64,000 bases of DNA, taken from assembly GCA_043228905.1 (NCBI GenBank), contig JBHGNT010000012.1, positions 15,996,001 through 16,060,000 on the forward strand. Direction: 5' to 3'. Source of the DNA: Azolla caroliniana (Eukaryota; Plantae; Polypodiophyta). This document shows positions 37,640-50,539 of this stretch, in pieces. The position numbers were made by a program, and so were the translations under genes. Each line of letters opens with the position of its first letter. Within the stretch, counting starts at the first letter, position 1. The notes beneath the pieces are model-generated. The model made no database searches and was not told the origin of the DNA. It saw only the letters and a list, made by a program, of their open reading frames with translations.

Positions 37640-38299
37640 TTTAATCCTCGGGATTGAGACAACCCGTTAGGTCAAGTGTGAACTTGCATGGGGGCCTTGG
37701 ATATCGTTATAAATATGAGGCCTAGCCACCCTCATTTCATCATATCTTGACTATGTCAAGACTCTGTTTCGTGGTGGATCAACTCTTGTAGCGAGCGCAC
37801 CAGCACCAGGTACGACTCGACGCCACGGCGGTGGTATGGGACATCGATCGAGGGCACGAGTCCATCTCAATCCCTTCGCTCAAGGGTGGTCGAGTGGATC
37901 GGCACCCTTCTTTCTCTCTCTCCTTTCTATCTATCTATCTTTTATCCTTATCATATGCTTACATTAGGGCATAACTCTAATAGTTGCTAATTGTTAATTA
38001 TGACTCCTATATATTTATGGTTCATCCTCTACGCTCCATAAGAGAACCCAAGTGAGTTTCCACACTAAAAGCTAGTTCCTTGGCATCTTGTCTATGAGTC
38101 ACTCGTATCATGCCACGAGTCTTTGTCTCAACTAGTTCATTTCAACATAAATATATATATGTCAAACATTTGGATTACCGATAGGTAATCAAAGTTAGCA
38201 AAGGGCTTTTATAGAGAAAACAATCCTAATCTTATATACGTTGTGTGCCTATAAATTATTATTACTATTATGGCACATATACATACTTTGTTGTCGTAT

Positions 38300-41200
38300 T
38301 CACCTATGTGTTGCATGCATGGGATATTCAAGCATGCAAGGTTTCTAACACATAAAAAACTATTGCCTAAATTCATTGTGGAGGCCCATGACATGATGTA
38401 ATACATCACGTGAGGTTTAAACATGCAAAAGTGCCCTAGTTAATTGCCTTGAAAGACATATGACCTAATACATGACTTGAGCTTTCCTCTTTCATCATGG
38501 CATTAGCGATGTGATTTATTCGGTCATCCCACAACCCCTCATTATTTCTTTTCAAGAGGATCAATAGTTTAAGAGACTACATTATAATCAATGCTCATGT
38601 TCAAGAAAGCGCTTTATAGTTATTGTACATAGGTACACAAATTTTTATAGATGAAAAGATGAGGTGAGAGGATAAGCATGAGAATGAAATGTATGTATAT
38701 GATGACACCAATAACAAGGAATCTTTGTCACAAGCAAGAGATTGATAGAGATTGGAAGAAGTATACAAAAAAGGAATGAAAAGATGAGGCGAGAGACAAG
38801 TGGAGGCATAGACACATGCACATGGGTGTATAAGAGGGAGTTGTCAATAGGGTCTTTAAAGAGACATAAATATAATAAAGGCAAACTAATTGCCAGAGGG
38901 GCTCTACAAGTATTAGGACCTATAACCATTCCAGAGCACGTGGAATAGCCCAAATGGAGGTTTGTGGGTACATGGACGTGCGGTGCCAATATGTTCCACG
39001 TATGTGTAAACACACATTGCATCTTTTCTCACTCATATACACCAAAATATTTGTTACCAAATGTTAATAAGCCTTCATGTAAATCTCAATATTACATGTT
39101 TGTTATTCAGAAAATATGTTTGGAGGCAATAGAAAAAGCAGGTGCTAGACATACCAATTCTTATAGCAAATCATGAAGATTCCCAACATTTTTGTTCACC
39201 TCAAGTTTGAGCACTTTTTACACACCAGGTAATGATGTGTGCTAAGAGAATGGTATAATTTGTTTCTTGTCAACAACTATGTATTGATAATGTGCACTTT
39301 GTATTGACACATGTCATAAATGAACCAAAGGCATGCTCCTAGACAATAGTTATATAATATGGTATGATGGTGGACTATCCATATAAAAGTTTTATAAGGT
39401 GCAAAATGATACACGTTTTGTTGTCCATAAGGCATCATATCTGAAAGTTTGGAATTTTATGTGTGAACATGTTATAAGTGTCTCTTCTTCTTTTTCTATT
39501 GGCACATCGAAGAATTGTACTCAATTATATGAAAAGTGCATTAAGAAATGTTTCAACAAAAACACTATCCATCTGAAATTTCTTCTATGGAGATGGATAC
39601 ACGTGTGCATTGTCGAAATAGATCATTTATTTTGAAGTGTTCAAAGTGATAATTGTATAGGCCCCACTTCTTTTGTCTTTATTGATGAAGTCACTCTGAT
39701 TATAGTGGAAATAGTTTTAGAGGAGTGACACTAAGTTGAATAGGAATTTATGCTTGCTCAATTTGTTAGGATTTAGAAGACTCTAGATTTTGACTTTATC
39801 GTATCATCCAAGAGGATTTTGTTTGTTTTGTGTTTGAGCAATAACATCCTATTTTGTGATGTTAATGCGGAAGTAGTGAGTTTTGAGGAATGGTTGAGCA
39901 CGCAAGTTGACCTCATGTAAAAGTATATTCATTGTCCTCTTTTTTGTGGTTTGTTTTTAATCATTAGGTACCACCCAATTGTTTATTTTACTGGTGTCAA
40001 TACTCATTTGAACTTGGGACTCTTCAATGTAAGCCATATGTTGGGAGTTGGGACATACTGTCTTTTGTTGTGCATATTCTGCTGCAATCTTTTAGGTTAT
40101 TTAGAGCAAACTAGTTTTGAATAATGCAACATGAATAAAATAATGAACAACATTGATTAAATATTGATAGGTTTTATGTTACTTTTGTTATTTGCCTTTG
40201 TGTTGACGATAAAGAACAATCTTTTGGAGGCATTACACCCACAAATTGAGGTGTGATTTCCATGTATAGAGTCACTGCATTATTGTGATAAGTTAACAAT
40301 TATTAATGTCTACACAACACAGTTGCATTATTATATAACCCCTTCGATTTTCCAAAACAATGAACTCATTGAGTTAGATGTTTTACACCACATCGTTGTG
40401 GTGGGACTTGGGTCATGTTAATAAACAAAAAAATAAACATAAGAATGCATTGTATATATAATTGTAATGCATGAATCATCTAATCAATTTCTTAGAGATT
40501 TCTACTTTTGCAAGTGGTAATACTCTTTTTGGAATATGACATGTAGCAACTCTCCGTCAATTTCTTCTATACAAAATAGTTAATATTTGCGTAGTAGTTA
40601 GGAAACGGAAACATAAATCTCATACTTATCAATGATCATGATGCAAGTATGATCATCATTAAGATGAGTACCACATTAGGAATCATCATATGTTCGAAAC
40701 CCACTCTTTGTGGGAGTAACATGGAAGGAGGCATCCAAATCCAAGCCCAAGCTTGCAAATAAGCATCATCATAATGCATAAAATTGAAAGAATAGTAAGA
40801 GGAAGTGATGTTTGTGCTTCTTACGAACTTATTCTTGCATTTCGCCCGCTTAAAATGGTGACACTAGACTGGGAGTTGCTGCATAATCTCTCATTTGGAT
40901 GGGACATATCTTTGGATTAATGATTTCTTGTGTGTGATGAGAAATAAATGCACTATCATTGTTACAGGGGGTAAACTTCCTTTGAACTTCTTCTATAAGA
41001 AAACTTGAGGTTGACATCCCACAATGATGGAAAAGATCATAACTAGAAAATTGTTTGTAATTTGGATTCTAAGTGTGGGTCAAGTTGTGGTTGCATGATT
41101 ACACATGACATTAAAGTCATTTTAAAATATTCAACAATACTTGTATCTTCACACATTCACAGATCTATAGTGACTTATGTTAAGGGGAAACTCACGCCCA

Positions 41201-41530
41201 TAAGCTTTACAAAGTCATTTCTAGTGAATTCTCTCTTTTGGATTTCATGGTGAAGAGATCAGTCTCCATTACACCTTGACATGACGTTTTCAAGAATACA
41301 TTCAAATCTTGAATAAATTAAACAAATTTCGATAGAGCTATCTAATTTTCGTTTTCATAAATGAAAGATACAAAAAACAGTGTTGCTAGTTCCAAGTGCA
41401 AATTTCACGTCACAAAAGTGAAGATAATTCTTATTATTTTTCTCTTATACATAGTTATTTTTCTTCTTCTTTTCCTTGTGTAAATGAGGATTTTGGTGAA
41501 GTTTTCATCCTTCTTAATCAAATACCAGTG
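38300..41530 (-). pseudogene. Very old, AT-eroded Copia remnant
   Basis: Minus-strand DLDASFHVTP...FRTY (protease-like, about 40690-40745), weaker integrase/RT/RNase H-like traces to its left, PBS-like TGGTATTTGA near 41528. Boundaries approximate. Confidence 0.5.
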
Positions 41531-43319
41531 ATATCAACAAAGATAAAGGTGCTATTAAGACAACAAAATGCAGTATGAAGGTACTTGGAGGTGGTATACC
41601 TATAGGGCAATGGTAGATCTAAGAAGAGAGGAAATATTATGTGCTTAAAATAGAGGGTGGAAAAATGAACTCTAGAAAAATACACAATAGCTCTATAGAT
41701 CACAATGGCCCACCAAGAGGATTAGTTAGTTGTTGAAATGAAAATCTTAGTGAGAACTCCAAGAGCATCAATCTTAAAGAAGAAATCAATTCTAAGAGAG
41801 TGATCTTGATGACATTGCGTCACACTAGTACTCGAACATATTTAAGGCCTTATGGAGATATTTTATGTAAGATTGTTTTCTATGGTTTAGAAAAATATTT
41901 GTGTAGTTAAAACAAAAGATGGGATGGGGCATTTTCTAATCGTAGCATTGAGCTCCTTCCTTTGTCGAGGATTGGTCTCCCTTCCGAAATGGGAAATATT
42001 ACCTAGGCATAAAAACAAGGCATTACATATACTATGCTAAAGCATTGACATTCAAAGAGCCTTGTCTTTACACGTTAGCTCATAAACTTTAATACAAGTA
42101 CTAGACGTTATGATCGGTACATTTCATGTAAAGGAATAGTTCATGCTATTTACAAGATTATAACATCAGGTAGATTGCAATAGTGGGTAATGGAATTCAA
42201 ATGTGTTGTGACTAACTCTATATCAATTTGATATGATGAAATTATCATCTCTGAACAAGTTACATCCTCATAATTTGGTGATCAGGCTAATGGATAAGCC
42301 AAAAATAGGTTTGAGAAATTGATTTCAAAATAACCTCGCAAATGATCATCACGCCAAATGTATGATATAAAATAGAAATTTGGTTCAACGAAGGAATTTT
42401 CAAATTTCACTTGAGGAGAAGAAGTTTTTAATTCTTTGGCAATGCTCTCATGAACCTTTTTATTGAAGTTTCCATGAATTCAACAATGTAAGCCTCCCAA
42501 GTTTAGTATGACTCTTTTGGAAAAAGTGTTTCTAGATCTTTTTAGCATAATGCGACTAAAATGCGATGATACGTGGCTCGAATCATTCCAAAACATTTAA
42601 AGCGATGACTTACCTACAGTTTGGAAGCCAACTCTGTGCTAGCACAACCATTTGTATCCCATTTGTCAGTGAGTTAGGAGTGTGGCCTAAACCTTGATTT
42701 CTCAAGGGATAGCTGACCTAAAAGAGGTCAATATTACCTCCCTCGTAAGAATGACGTAAAAATAAGTGTGGTATACTAAGAGCCTTTGAGGAAAAGAGTA
42801 AAGGGCAATACACAAAAGCAATGACGTAATTCGCAGTCTCAACAATGCATAGGTACAAAAACAAAAACAAAAAGCTAATGGGTGACTATGACATTACGTA
42901 GGTACAAATAACTTAAAGCAAGAGAAAATGAAATAAAAAGATACATGCGTTTTAGCCATGGAGAAGAGGCTTGAAAACATGCTAGTGGGATCAAAAGCGA
43001 ATATATAATCCGCACTTGCTTGTGATTGAGTACTATAACATAGCCATTAATAACATGTGAGGGCTAGAGGTAGATGTCCACCTACTACGGGACATTACCA
43101 AACAACAATTGGGAATTGATTAGAGAACATGTTTCTCAAGCTAAATGCAAACATTGGCCAACAATGGAATATCCATAACACTATAGGCGAGACGTTAATA
43201 TATAGCATGATACGAGATAAACTAAAACATTGAAGGATAATAAGGATAAAGTTTAAACAATGTCAAACACACTCACATAGAATAAACATATATGAACCAA
43301 ACAAAAGTAAAGTAATGCT

Positions 43320-43815
43320 CACTTGTTCGTGATGCGTTCCATTATGACAATGAATCTATGGACCATGGGTTTTACACTAAATATGGAAGTGTTCATACAT
43401 TACCACTACTGTCGTTATAGTTTTCAGGAGTAAGGAAGGAAGTCCAGCAAATATGGGAGATACTGAGTAGTACCATTGTATATCACATTTGGAAGGCTCG
43501 ATGCTCTCTCGTTTTCCATCAACTTAAAACACCACTAGGTGAAGTGGTTTCGAACATTTGGTTAGACATAGTTCATACTTTGAAGGGTCAATGGGATGGT
43601 ATATTTGGAGATTTTGAGGCTAAAATTGCTCAACGGGTTCATTATTATCTGGGCAGCGACTCCATTCATGACATCCAATTACGACACTCCTTATTGGCAT
43701 TTTCAGCCACCGAAATGGTTGTTTCCCCGGCCGATCACATAGAGGTTTTAAAAATCTTGTAAATTGTTTATACTAATGACAGGATATCTTTTAAAAAAAG
43801 AAAAAGAAGAAGAAG
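43320..43815 (+). mobile_element. 5'-truncated L1-type LINE insertion
   Basis: 16-bp TSD aaagtaaagtaatgct (43304-43319, 43816-43831); A-rich tail 43793-43815; ORF2 C-terminal-like WEILSSTIVYHIWKARCSLVF. Confidence 0.85.
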
Positions 43816-44464
43816 AAAGTAAAGTAATGCTAAAATAATTAGGAACAATTAAACTTAAAAAAGGAAACTTATTCTACTGTTGCCAGTTTTATAATCTATA
43901 TAAAAGTATTAAAATAGAACATAGGAGCTACCTAATCCTATCTAGGTACTTATCCATCTCGATAGAGCGAGAACATTGTATAATATTCTAATCCGAGCGT
44001 GCAATCTTGTAGAGATGTTGCATGCATTTAATGTTTGAATTATGTATTATTTGAGATTACACAATCACCACTTAAGGGATTTTTCCGACACAAACATGAA
44101 ACAATGAATTTGGATGATGAGCTTCATGCTCAGTTGACAGTGGGTGTCGAATTTCAATAGAGAATAAATTTCGAAGGATGACTTTTTTGTCAAGGGTATG
44201 TTTCACTATTATGAAGAATACACTTTAACGAGGGAGAGATGTATATATTCCAAGGGATCTTTTGTTTCGGGTGTCATGAGCAACAAAAACGATGTGAAGA
44301 AAAGGAGCGATAAGTACATGCCTACACACTTGCATCAATTGACCAAGAAAAACATGCATCTCTCGACGGGAGCACGCAAATCTCAATGACCCACGTGGTA
44401 GGAATCGATCGAGAATCGTTCGGGTTTGGCTTTTAATCGGTTTGGCCTTGTCCAAACCAAACCA

Positions 44465-44575
44465 GCTTGAGAGTTTCCAAGACGTGAACCGAACCGGTTT
44501 AGGAAGCTCAAGCCTAATCCGAACCGAATCGCCAAACGGTTTAACGGTTCGGTTTACGTCTGGAAACTCTCAAGC
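44465..44575. repeat. Inverted repeat / MITE-like hairpin with about 31-bp arms
   Basis: gcttgagagtttccaagacgtgaaccgaaccg (44465-44496) versus cggttcggtttacgtctggaaactctcaagc (44545-44575). Confidence 0.85.
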
Positions 44576-44609
44576 CGTTGCTGATGCCTACCACATGGAT
44601 TCATTAACA

Positions 44610-45092
44610 TGCATCTATAAGTATGTATGTATATATGTATGCATCTATATGTATGCATCTATATGTATGTATCATGTATGTATATATGTATGCATCTATA
44701 TGTATGTATGTATGCATGTATATATGTATGCATCTATAAGTATGTATGTATATATGTATGCATCTATATGTATGCATCTATATGTATGTGTAAAATGAAA
44801 GTATGTATGTATACATCTATATGTATGTGTAAAATGAAAGTATGTATGTATACATCTATATGTATGTTACATGTATGTATGTATGTATGCATGCATCCAT
44901 CCATCTATATGTATGTGTGTGTGTGTGTATGTACATATGTATGTGTGTGTTTATGTATGTATGTATGTATGTATGTATGTAGGCATGCATCCATCCATCT
45001 ATATGTATGTGTGTGTGTGTGTGTATGTACATATGTATGTGTGTGTTTATGTATGTATGTATGTATGTATGTATGTATGTATATATATGTAC
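44610..45092. repeat. Compound microsatellite (TATG)n/(TG)n/(CATC)n with higher-order duplication
   Basis: Directly visible; about 44870-44980 is repeated at about 44981-45080. Confidence 0.95.
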
Positions 45093-45104
45093 ATACTGTC
45101 TGCT

Positions 45105-45197
45105 TCGTCTTCCTTCCGATTCGCCAGACATGGCGGAGCTTCCTTCTTCTGCTTAACGTATCCGCACATCTCTCTCTGTCTGTCTGATTCTCTGTGC

Positions 45198-45234
<37 letters not shown>

Positions 45235-45540
45235 TTGGGAGGAGCTTCTTTCTGCCTGAAAAACTTAATGCATCTGATCTCCTGTGCAGACAGACATGGA
45301 GGAGCTTCCTTCTGCTTCTTGACAAAAACACAAACTTGATCCATCCATCCATCCATCCATCTCTCTATCTTTCTCCCTCCATACCTATCCTCTTTCTCTG
45401 TATCCATCCATCTATCTATTTGTCTTTCTGACATTGGATCAGCCTCTGTCTTCTTAAAACATACATATCTTTAATCTCCTTTGCGGACATGGAAGAGCTT
45501 TCTAGTTAAACAAATATATATTTGATTTGTCCGTGCAGAC
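45105..45540 (+). promoter_or_regulatory. Tandem diverged copies of the acceptor/start-codon module, producing short uORFs
   Basis: uORFs 45130-45156 MAELPSSA*, 45296-45322 MEELPSAS*, 45489-45509 MEELSS*; main ORF starts MEDLPSDS; copies preceded by a pyrimidine tract and C(A/G)GAC. Confidence 0.7.
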
Positions 45541-46965
45541 ATGGAGGATCTTCCCTCTGACAGTAGAAGAAGTATCATGTCTTCGTCTCTATCATCATCA
45601 TCATCATCTTCTTCTTCTTCAAGATGTCACAATCCACGTTCTTTCTCTGGTTCAGATAAATTATGTAATCATGCTTCGAGCGATCTTCAACAGTATACCA
45701 TTGATGCCGCAAGTTTTAAGAAGACCTACATCGACACGCTCTTACGTTCTCTCTCAACCATATTTCATTATTTCCATGGCGATCATAACGAAGAACTTAA
45801 TTATGATCATAACGGACAGTCCGATCTCGATCACTTCCAGAGATATCGTGAAATATTTGATAGTTATGATGAGACATATTCCATGGCTATCAGAAGATAT
45901 GCTGTGGATATGTCCTTTGCTTTATCTGCCACAGGTAATCCTAAGTGGAGAAAAGCTCTAATGGAAGAACTTAGTAATCTACAAGGAGGACGACGACGAA
46001 GGCTTAATGAACTTACAGATGAAAGCAAGAGCAATTATTTATGCAATAGTTGTAGAAGTACGGATGATGTGTTTGTAGATCAGCAATATAGCTGCAGATT
46101 AAAGAGCATGGCGAGGGTAAAGAAAGGCAGAATATTGAAGAAGAAGAAGAAGAGAATGATGATGAATAAGAACAATTCATTAATGATGTTGCAGAGGAAT
46201 AGTATGTCTATCAAGCAGCTGGATATGGTGGAAGACAAATTAATGAGGAGAAAATCCATTAGTATGCGGAGGCAAGGAGTGATAAGAAACTATATGGACA
46301 GGATGATGATGAGAGAGAGAAAGATTAGTTATTCTCTGAAGAAGAACGAGAAAATTATGCTGCAAACTCAACCTGCTGCTATGGCCACGGTGATGAAAGA
46401 TTCTGTCTGCACCATAAGAAGAAGCAGAAGATTAGTGATGACCAATAATATGTATTTGAAGGAACTGAAGAGATGGAAGAAGACCAATGCTGCGAGATTT
46501 ACTCCAATCTCAAGCAAGAGGAAAGAAAACAAGGGATATTTAATACATAGGGCAATGAGAGGAAATGGAAAACTAATAGGACACGAAGGAGAAGTAGAAT
46601 GGGGGGAAAGAAGAAGCAGGTTCATGGAAGAAAGTGGAGGATTAATGGAATCTGAAGGATTAGAAGAAGTAGAAGAAAAAGAAGAATTGCAAATCGAGGG
46701 AGAATTATCAACAATAAATTTAGAAAAGGCTGATCACGGATTAGCTGATGACTATACAGAAGAAGGTGGAGAAGAAAAAGAATCTGATGGTGAAGGAGAA
46801 GAAGAAGAGAGAATTAACAGATGGATTCGCGAACTAGGGGAGGTTGTTCCTGGAGGCCATGGCATGAGGGAGGATGCCCCTCTGCTTCTTCAAGAAGCTG
46901 CTCATTACATCTCCTCTCTGCAGTTGCAGGTTCAAGCTCTCCATTCCCTCACATTCAGTATATAA
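45541..46965 (+). CDS. IBH1-like: Atypical (non-DNA-binding) HLH transcription regulator, IBH1/AIF-like, 474 aa, intronless CDS
   Basis: IBH1-type N-terminal motif AIRRYAVDMSFALSATGNPKWRKALM; C-terminal HLH IRELGEVVPGG...LLQEAAHYISSLQLQVQAL preceded by an acidic, not basic, tract; long clean ORF in non-TE context. Confidence 0.85.
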   Translation: MEDLPSDSRRSIMSSSLSSSSSSSSSSRCHNPRSFSGSDKLCNHASSDLQQYTIDAASFKKTYIDTLLRSLSTIFHYFHGDHNEELNYDHNGQSDLDHFQRYREIFDSYDETYSMAIRRYAVDMSFALSATGNPKWRKALMEELSNLQGGRRRRLNELTDESKSNYLCNSCRSTDDVFVDQQYSCRLKSMARVKKGRILKKKKKRMMMNKNNSLMMLQRNSMSIKQLDMVEDKLMRRKSISMRRQGVIRNYMDRMMMRERKISYSLKKNEKIMLQTQPAAMATVMKDSVCTIRRSRRLVMTNNMYLKELKRWKKTNAARFTPISSKRKENKGYLIHRAMRGNGKLIGHEGEVEWGERRSRFMEESGGLMESEGLEEVEEKEELQIEGELSTINLEKADHGLADDYTEEGGEEKESDGEGEEEERINRWIRELGEVVPGGHGMREDAPLLLQEAAHYISSLQLQVQALHSLTFSI

Positions 46966-46982
46966 TCCACCTCCTCCTAATC

Positions 46983-47310
46983 TTCTTGAACCATCAACAT
47001 CTAATTCATCTTCATCTTCATCTTCATCTTCGGCTCCTTCTTGAATCATCATCAGCTTCTTCTTCGTCTTCTTCTTTTTCTTAGATCATCTTCTGGAGCC
47101 TCCTTCACTGTCTACTGCTTCTTCTTCTTCGTCTTCTTCCTGAACCATCATCCCATCTTCTTCTTGAATCACCATCAGCTTCATCTTCAATCTTCATCTT
47201 CTTCCCATGCATCTTGTTCTTCTTGAACCATCATCTTCTTTTTCTTTTTCTTTTTGAACCATCGTAACTATCATCAGTCATCTCCTCCTCCTTCATGAAC
47301 TATCATTAGT
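46983..47310 (+). repeat. Degenerate TTGAACCATCATC / (TCT)n repeats in the probable 3' UTR
   Basis: About 7 variants of tgaa(c/t)catca separated by pyrimidine tracts. Confidence 0.7.
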
Positions 47311-49173
47311 ATCCTCATTTTCTTCTCCTCACAAGTATTGTGTAATATTCGTTAATTTGTTTTCCTCGTCAATGTATCATTCTCTCTCTCTCTCTCGCTA
47401 CTTAAAATCAATCACCATAGATGCTTCAATTACTTGCACGTTTTGATTATTCACATGGCTAGGTCGTATGGTGTTTATATGTTTTGCTTTACTTATTTAA
47501 GGCCTGTGTTTCTTCCAGGATTCTACTAATCAGTCGTCCTTCACCGTGTAATTAAATCACGTCTGATTCTCCCAAAAAATAGTTTGTAAAAACGTCATGT
47601 TTGAGATTAATACTCCACAGACGTCATGTTTGGCCCCTTGTGTGGACATTAAGTATGTACATTCCGTCATAATCATCGTCATCTCTTTCGCATGGGCTGT
47701 AGTTTGAATATGTGTCAAATTACTTAATATGCCCCTCCACCATTCTGACCTTAAATAGTAATAACCAGTGGACGGAGAGATATACATTTTACAACTAGAT
47801 TTATTCTGATTATTCACAAATCGGGAACCGTATGCTTGGAATAAATATGATTATAGTGAATTAATTTTTTAGAAGCAATCTTGATTATCAGAATCTTTAA
47901 ACGTAGTCAACAAATATTTAGGAGCAATTTGCTCAGGAAATTTGTCTTTCTAGAAAGGATTGGTGTAGAAAGATAAATTGGTTTGAGAGCAAATGTGCTC
48001 AAGGAATCTTTTTGTCTGCTCCATACATAGGATAAACTAATAAAAGCTTATGAAATTTACTAACAATTTTAGTAGAAATCTTTGTACACACATATAAACC
48101 GTGACATTAGATCGTGCAATGGCATTTTCAGCAAATCTATTGTCCTGGACAGCTTGCAAAGAATTAGATGTGAGAGGATGAGAAATAGGGAAAAACTAGA
48201 GCATTACCTCCATTCTTACCAAATTGTCAATCATAAGCCATTAGCAACTCATTAAAATTTCTAGGTTTGTATAGGGTTTGATTGGCATTAAACGACAGAT
48301 GTTTGGAGTTTATTCAACAGTTGATTAGAGGAGATTAATGTTGAATTACAAGTGATTTGCGTTGAGCCAGTGGGTGATTAGGGCTTCAAGGGTGATTGTG
48401 AGTTGCAAGAATTGATTTCGGTTTGATCAAGCGTGATTACTGCTTGATACCTGAGATTAGTGCGTAATGTGTTGATAATTAAGCCTTAGTCTGTCTTGTA
48501 ACAAGCGTAACATAGAAACAAAGCACATTAGCAAAAACCATGTACATGATGTGCTCACATTTGAAATCCTATATTTAAGATAAGAAATATATTGATAGCA
48601 GTTTATTTCTTCATAAAACATTATTTCCACTATGTTTAAATGCGTCAAATACATTTCAAATTTAATATCGTCAACATTTGCATCATGTTCTTGCAAGAAA
48701 CGGTTCAGTTTTTCTACTTAGACTTCTCAAACGTATATGTATCACATTCTTGCAAAAAATGCTCCTATTGATATGTGCAAATAATGCACATATAAACAGT
48801 AGCCTAATCATTGCACAAGCAAGTGTTTTCCTCTTATTTATGCATACTCCCAAGATCTAATGGATGGGCAGAGTCATGAAAGTGTTCATAAGCTGCCGTT
48901 CTAGACCTTTTACATCCACTCCAATACTTATTAATCGGTCGTTAATATAGACCTAATCTGCCATTTCCTTCTCCTTACCAAGCTCTTACATTGTGATTGT
49001 AGCACTTGGCGAATCCGATGGCCCGCCCACTAGGTCATATGATGCATTGCCCACTAGGTCATCCGATGCATCAATGCATTGGGCTTCTATGCCCAAACTT
49101 TGATTTATGAAATGATCACTACTCTTTGTATCTAGATCTAGATTCTAGAGGATTTGATGCTCACATCCTAGGC

Positions 49174-49174
<1 letters not shown>

Positions 49175-49213
<39 letters not shown>

Positions 49214-49392
49214 AACTCAAATTGACTATGTACATGTAACATACTACATAAATACAAGATTTGGAAGATGGGTCTAATCTCAGGTACCCCACTACGAGTG
49301 CATAGATACCCATTGCACATGGTGATGTGACTTGTGCTAGTCCACCACCACCACCACCAACACGTTACACACACACACACACACACACACAC
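49175..49392. repeat. Microsatellite cluster (AG)n, (CCA)n, (AC)n
   Basis: Directly visible at about 49175-49209, 49342-49359 and 49367-49392. Confidence 0.9.
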
Positions 49393-50539
49393 GCAATTCA
49401 CATGGATACACCACTTTTATCCTTTCCCTAATGACTTTTGACACCATCATATTAGCATTTATTGCTACCATCGTTCACCTTTTGCCCCGTCCCCGTCCCC
49501 ATCCCCCTCCCCATGCCTATGACCTATTCCCAACCCCCATGTTCAAGAAAAAGGCTACTCACATTACGTAAATAAGTAGTTCACTTCAGCTTGACTAAAT
49601 CCTATAGCCAGAATCTATAAATGTATCACGGCTAAATGAGTTTTTTACGTTATTACACTAGGTCCAAAGAATGTGGTAGTGACACTTTCTAGTGACAAAG
49701 ATCTTGGTATTTAATGTCATGGAGACAACCCCACCATTATAATTTTGTCACACAAGTTTATATTAAACGAAACGTGTTGTCTCTGTGGTCCGTTCGTTTG
49801 TTGGAAAGTTGAAAAAAAGAAGAAGCCCAAATGAGAAATCATTGGTACATTATTAAAATGGCTAGCTTATGAAACATGTCAGAAGAGACGTTGTGGGTAT
49901 GTTTTTATACTATTGGAGCTACAAGACAATGTTTGACGTACCCATTGCACATGGGTCTGTATCATTTGCGTTGAAAAAGAACTCAAAAACTGTGGTAGGA
50001 CTTGTTACAAAGAAGTGGCTCACCCGAAATCGCATTGCTCCATCACACTATAAAAATGCTTTGGGAATGGAATAAAACATAATAAGAAGTCAATAAACTC
50101 ATATATACTCTCTTATACCAACCATGTACAATATTTAGAGTTTATTTTTCGGTGTCTTGTTTTATTATGATGCATTATTTTGTGAATAAGGTGCACATCA
50201 TCATTGGACAATGGCTTGTTTTGGCTCAATCGAATGGGTTTGGCAATCTCAAACTCAAACCATTTAAGTTTTTTGGAAACATAAAACCAAATCTCGCCAA
50301 ACCTTGACACCATTTAAATCACAATAATTTAATTCAAATTGTTTAAGAGGAAACTCAAACCTAAACCTTGTAAAACCCAAGAGTTTAAATGAGAAACACA
50401 TATCTAAACCATTTTGCAATAAAAAATACAATGGAAATGTATCCTCAACTTTAAAATAAGTAAAAACAAAATGAAAAAGAACACTTCAGATAAGAATAGA
50501 CAAAAAGTTTTGAAGTTTTTTCTAAGAAAGAGTGAGAGG

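Noticed and set aside
37640-38100. GC-richer block with gggattgaga/tctcaatccc inverted motif, maybe an LTR remnant or structured RNA
   Set aside because: Only weak resemblance to 750-810; no boundaries or TSD could be defined.
44627-45431. Long Met/Tyr/Val/Cys ORFs upstream of the HLH gene, superficially like SAC51-family conserved uORFs
   Set aside because: Translations of (TATG)n microsatellite; no real similarity beyond the first residues.
49655-49760. CACTA-like end with gtgaca/tgtcac subterminal motifs
   Set aside because: No matching opposite terminus, TSD or transposase found.
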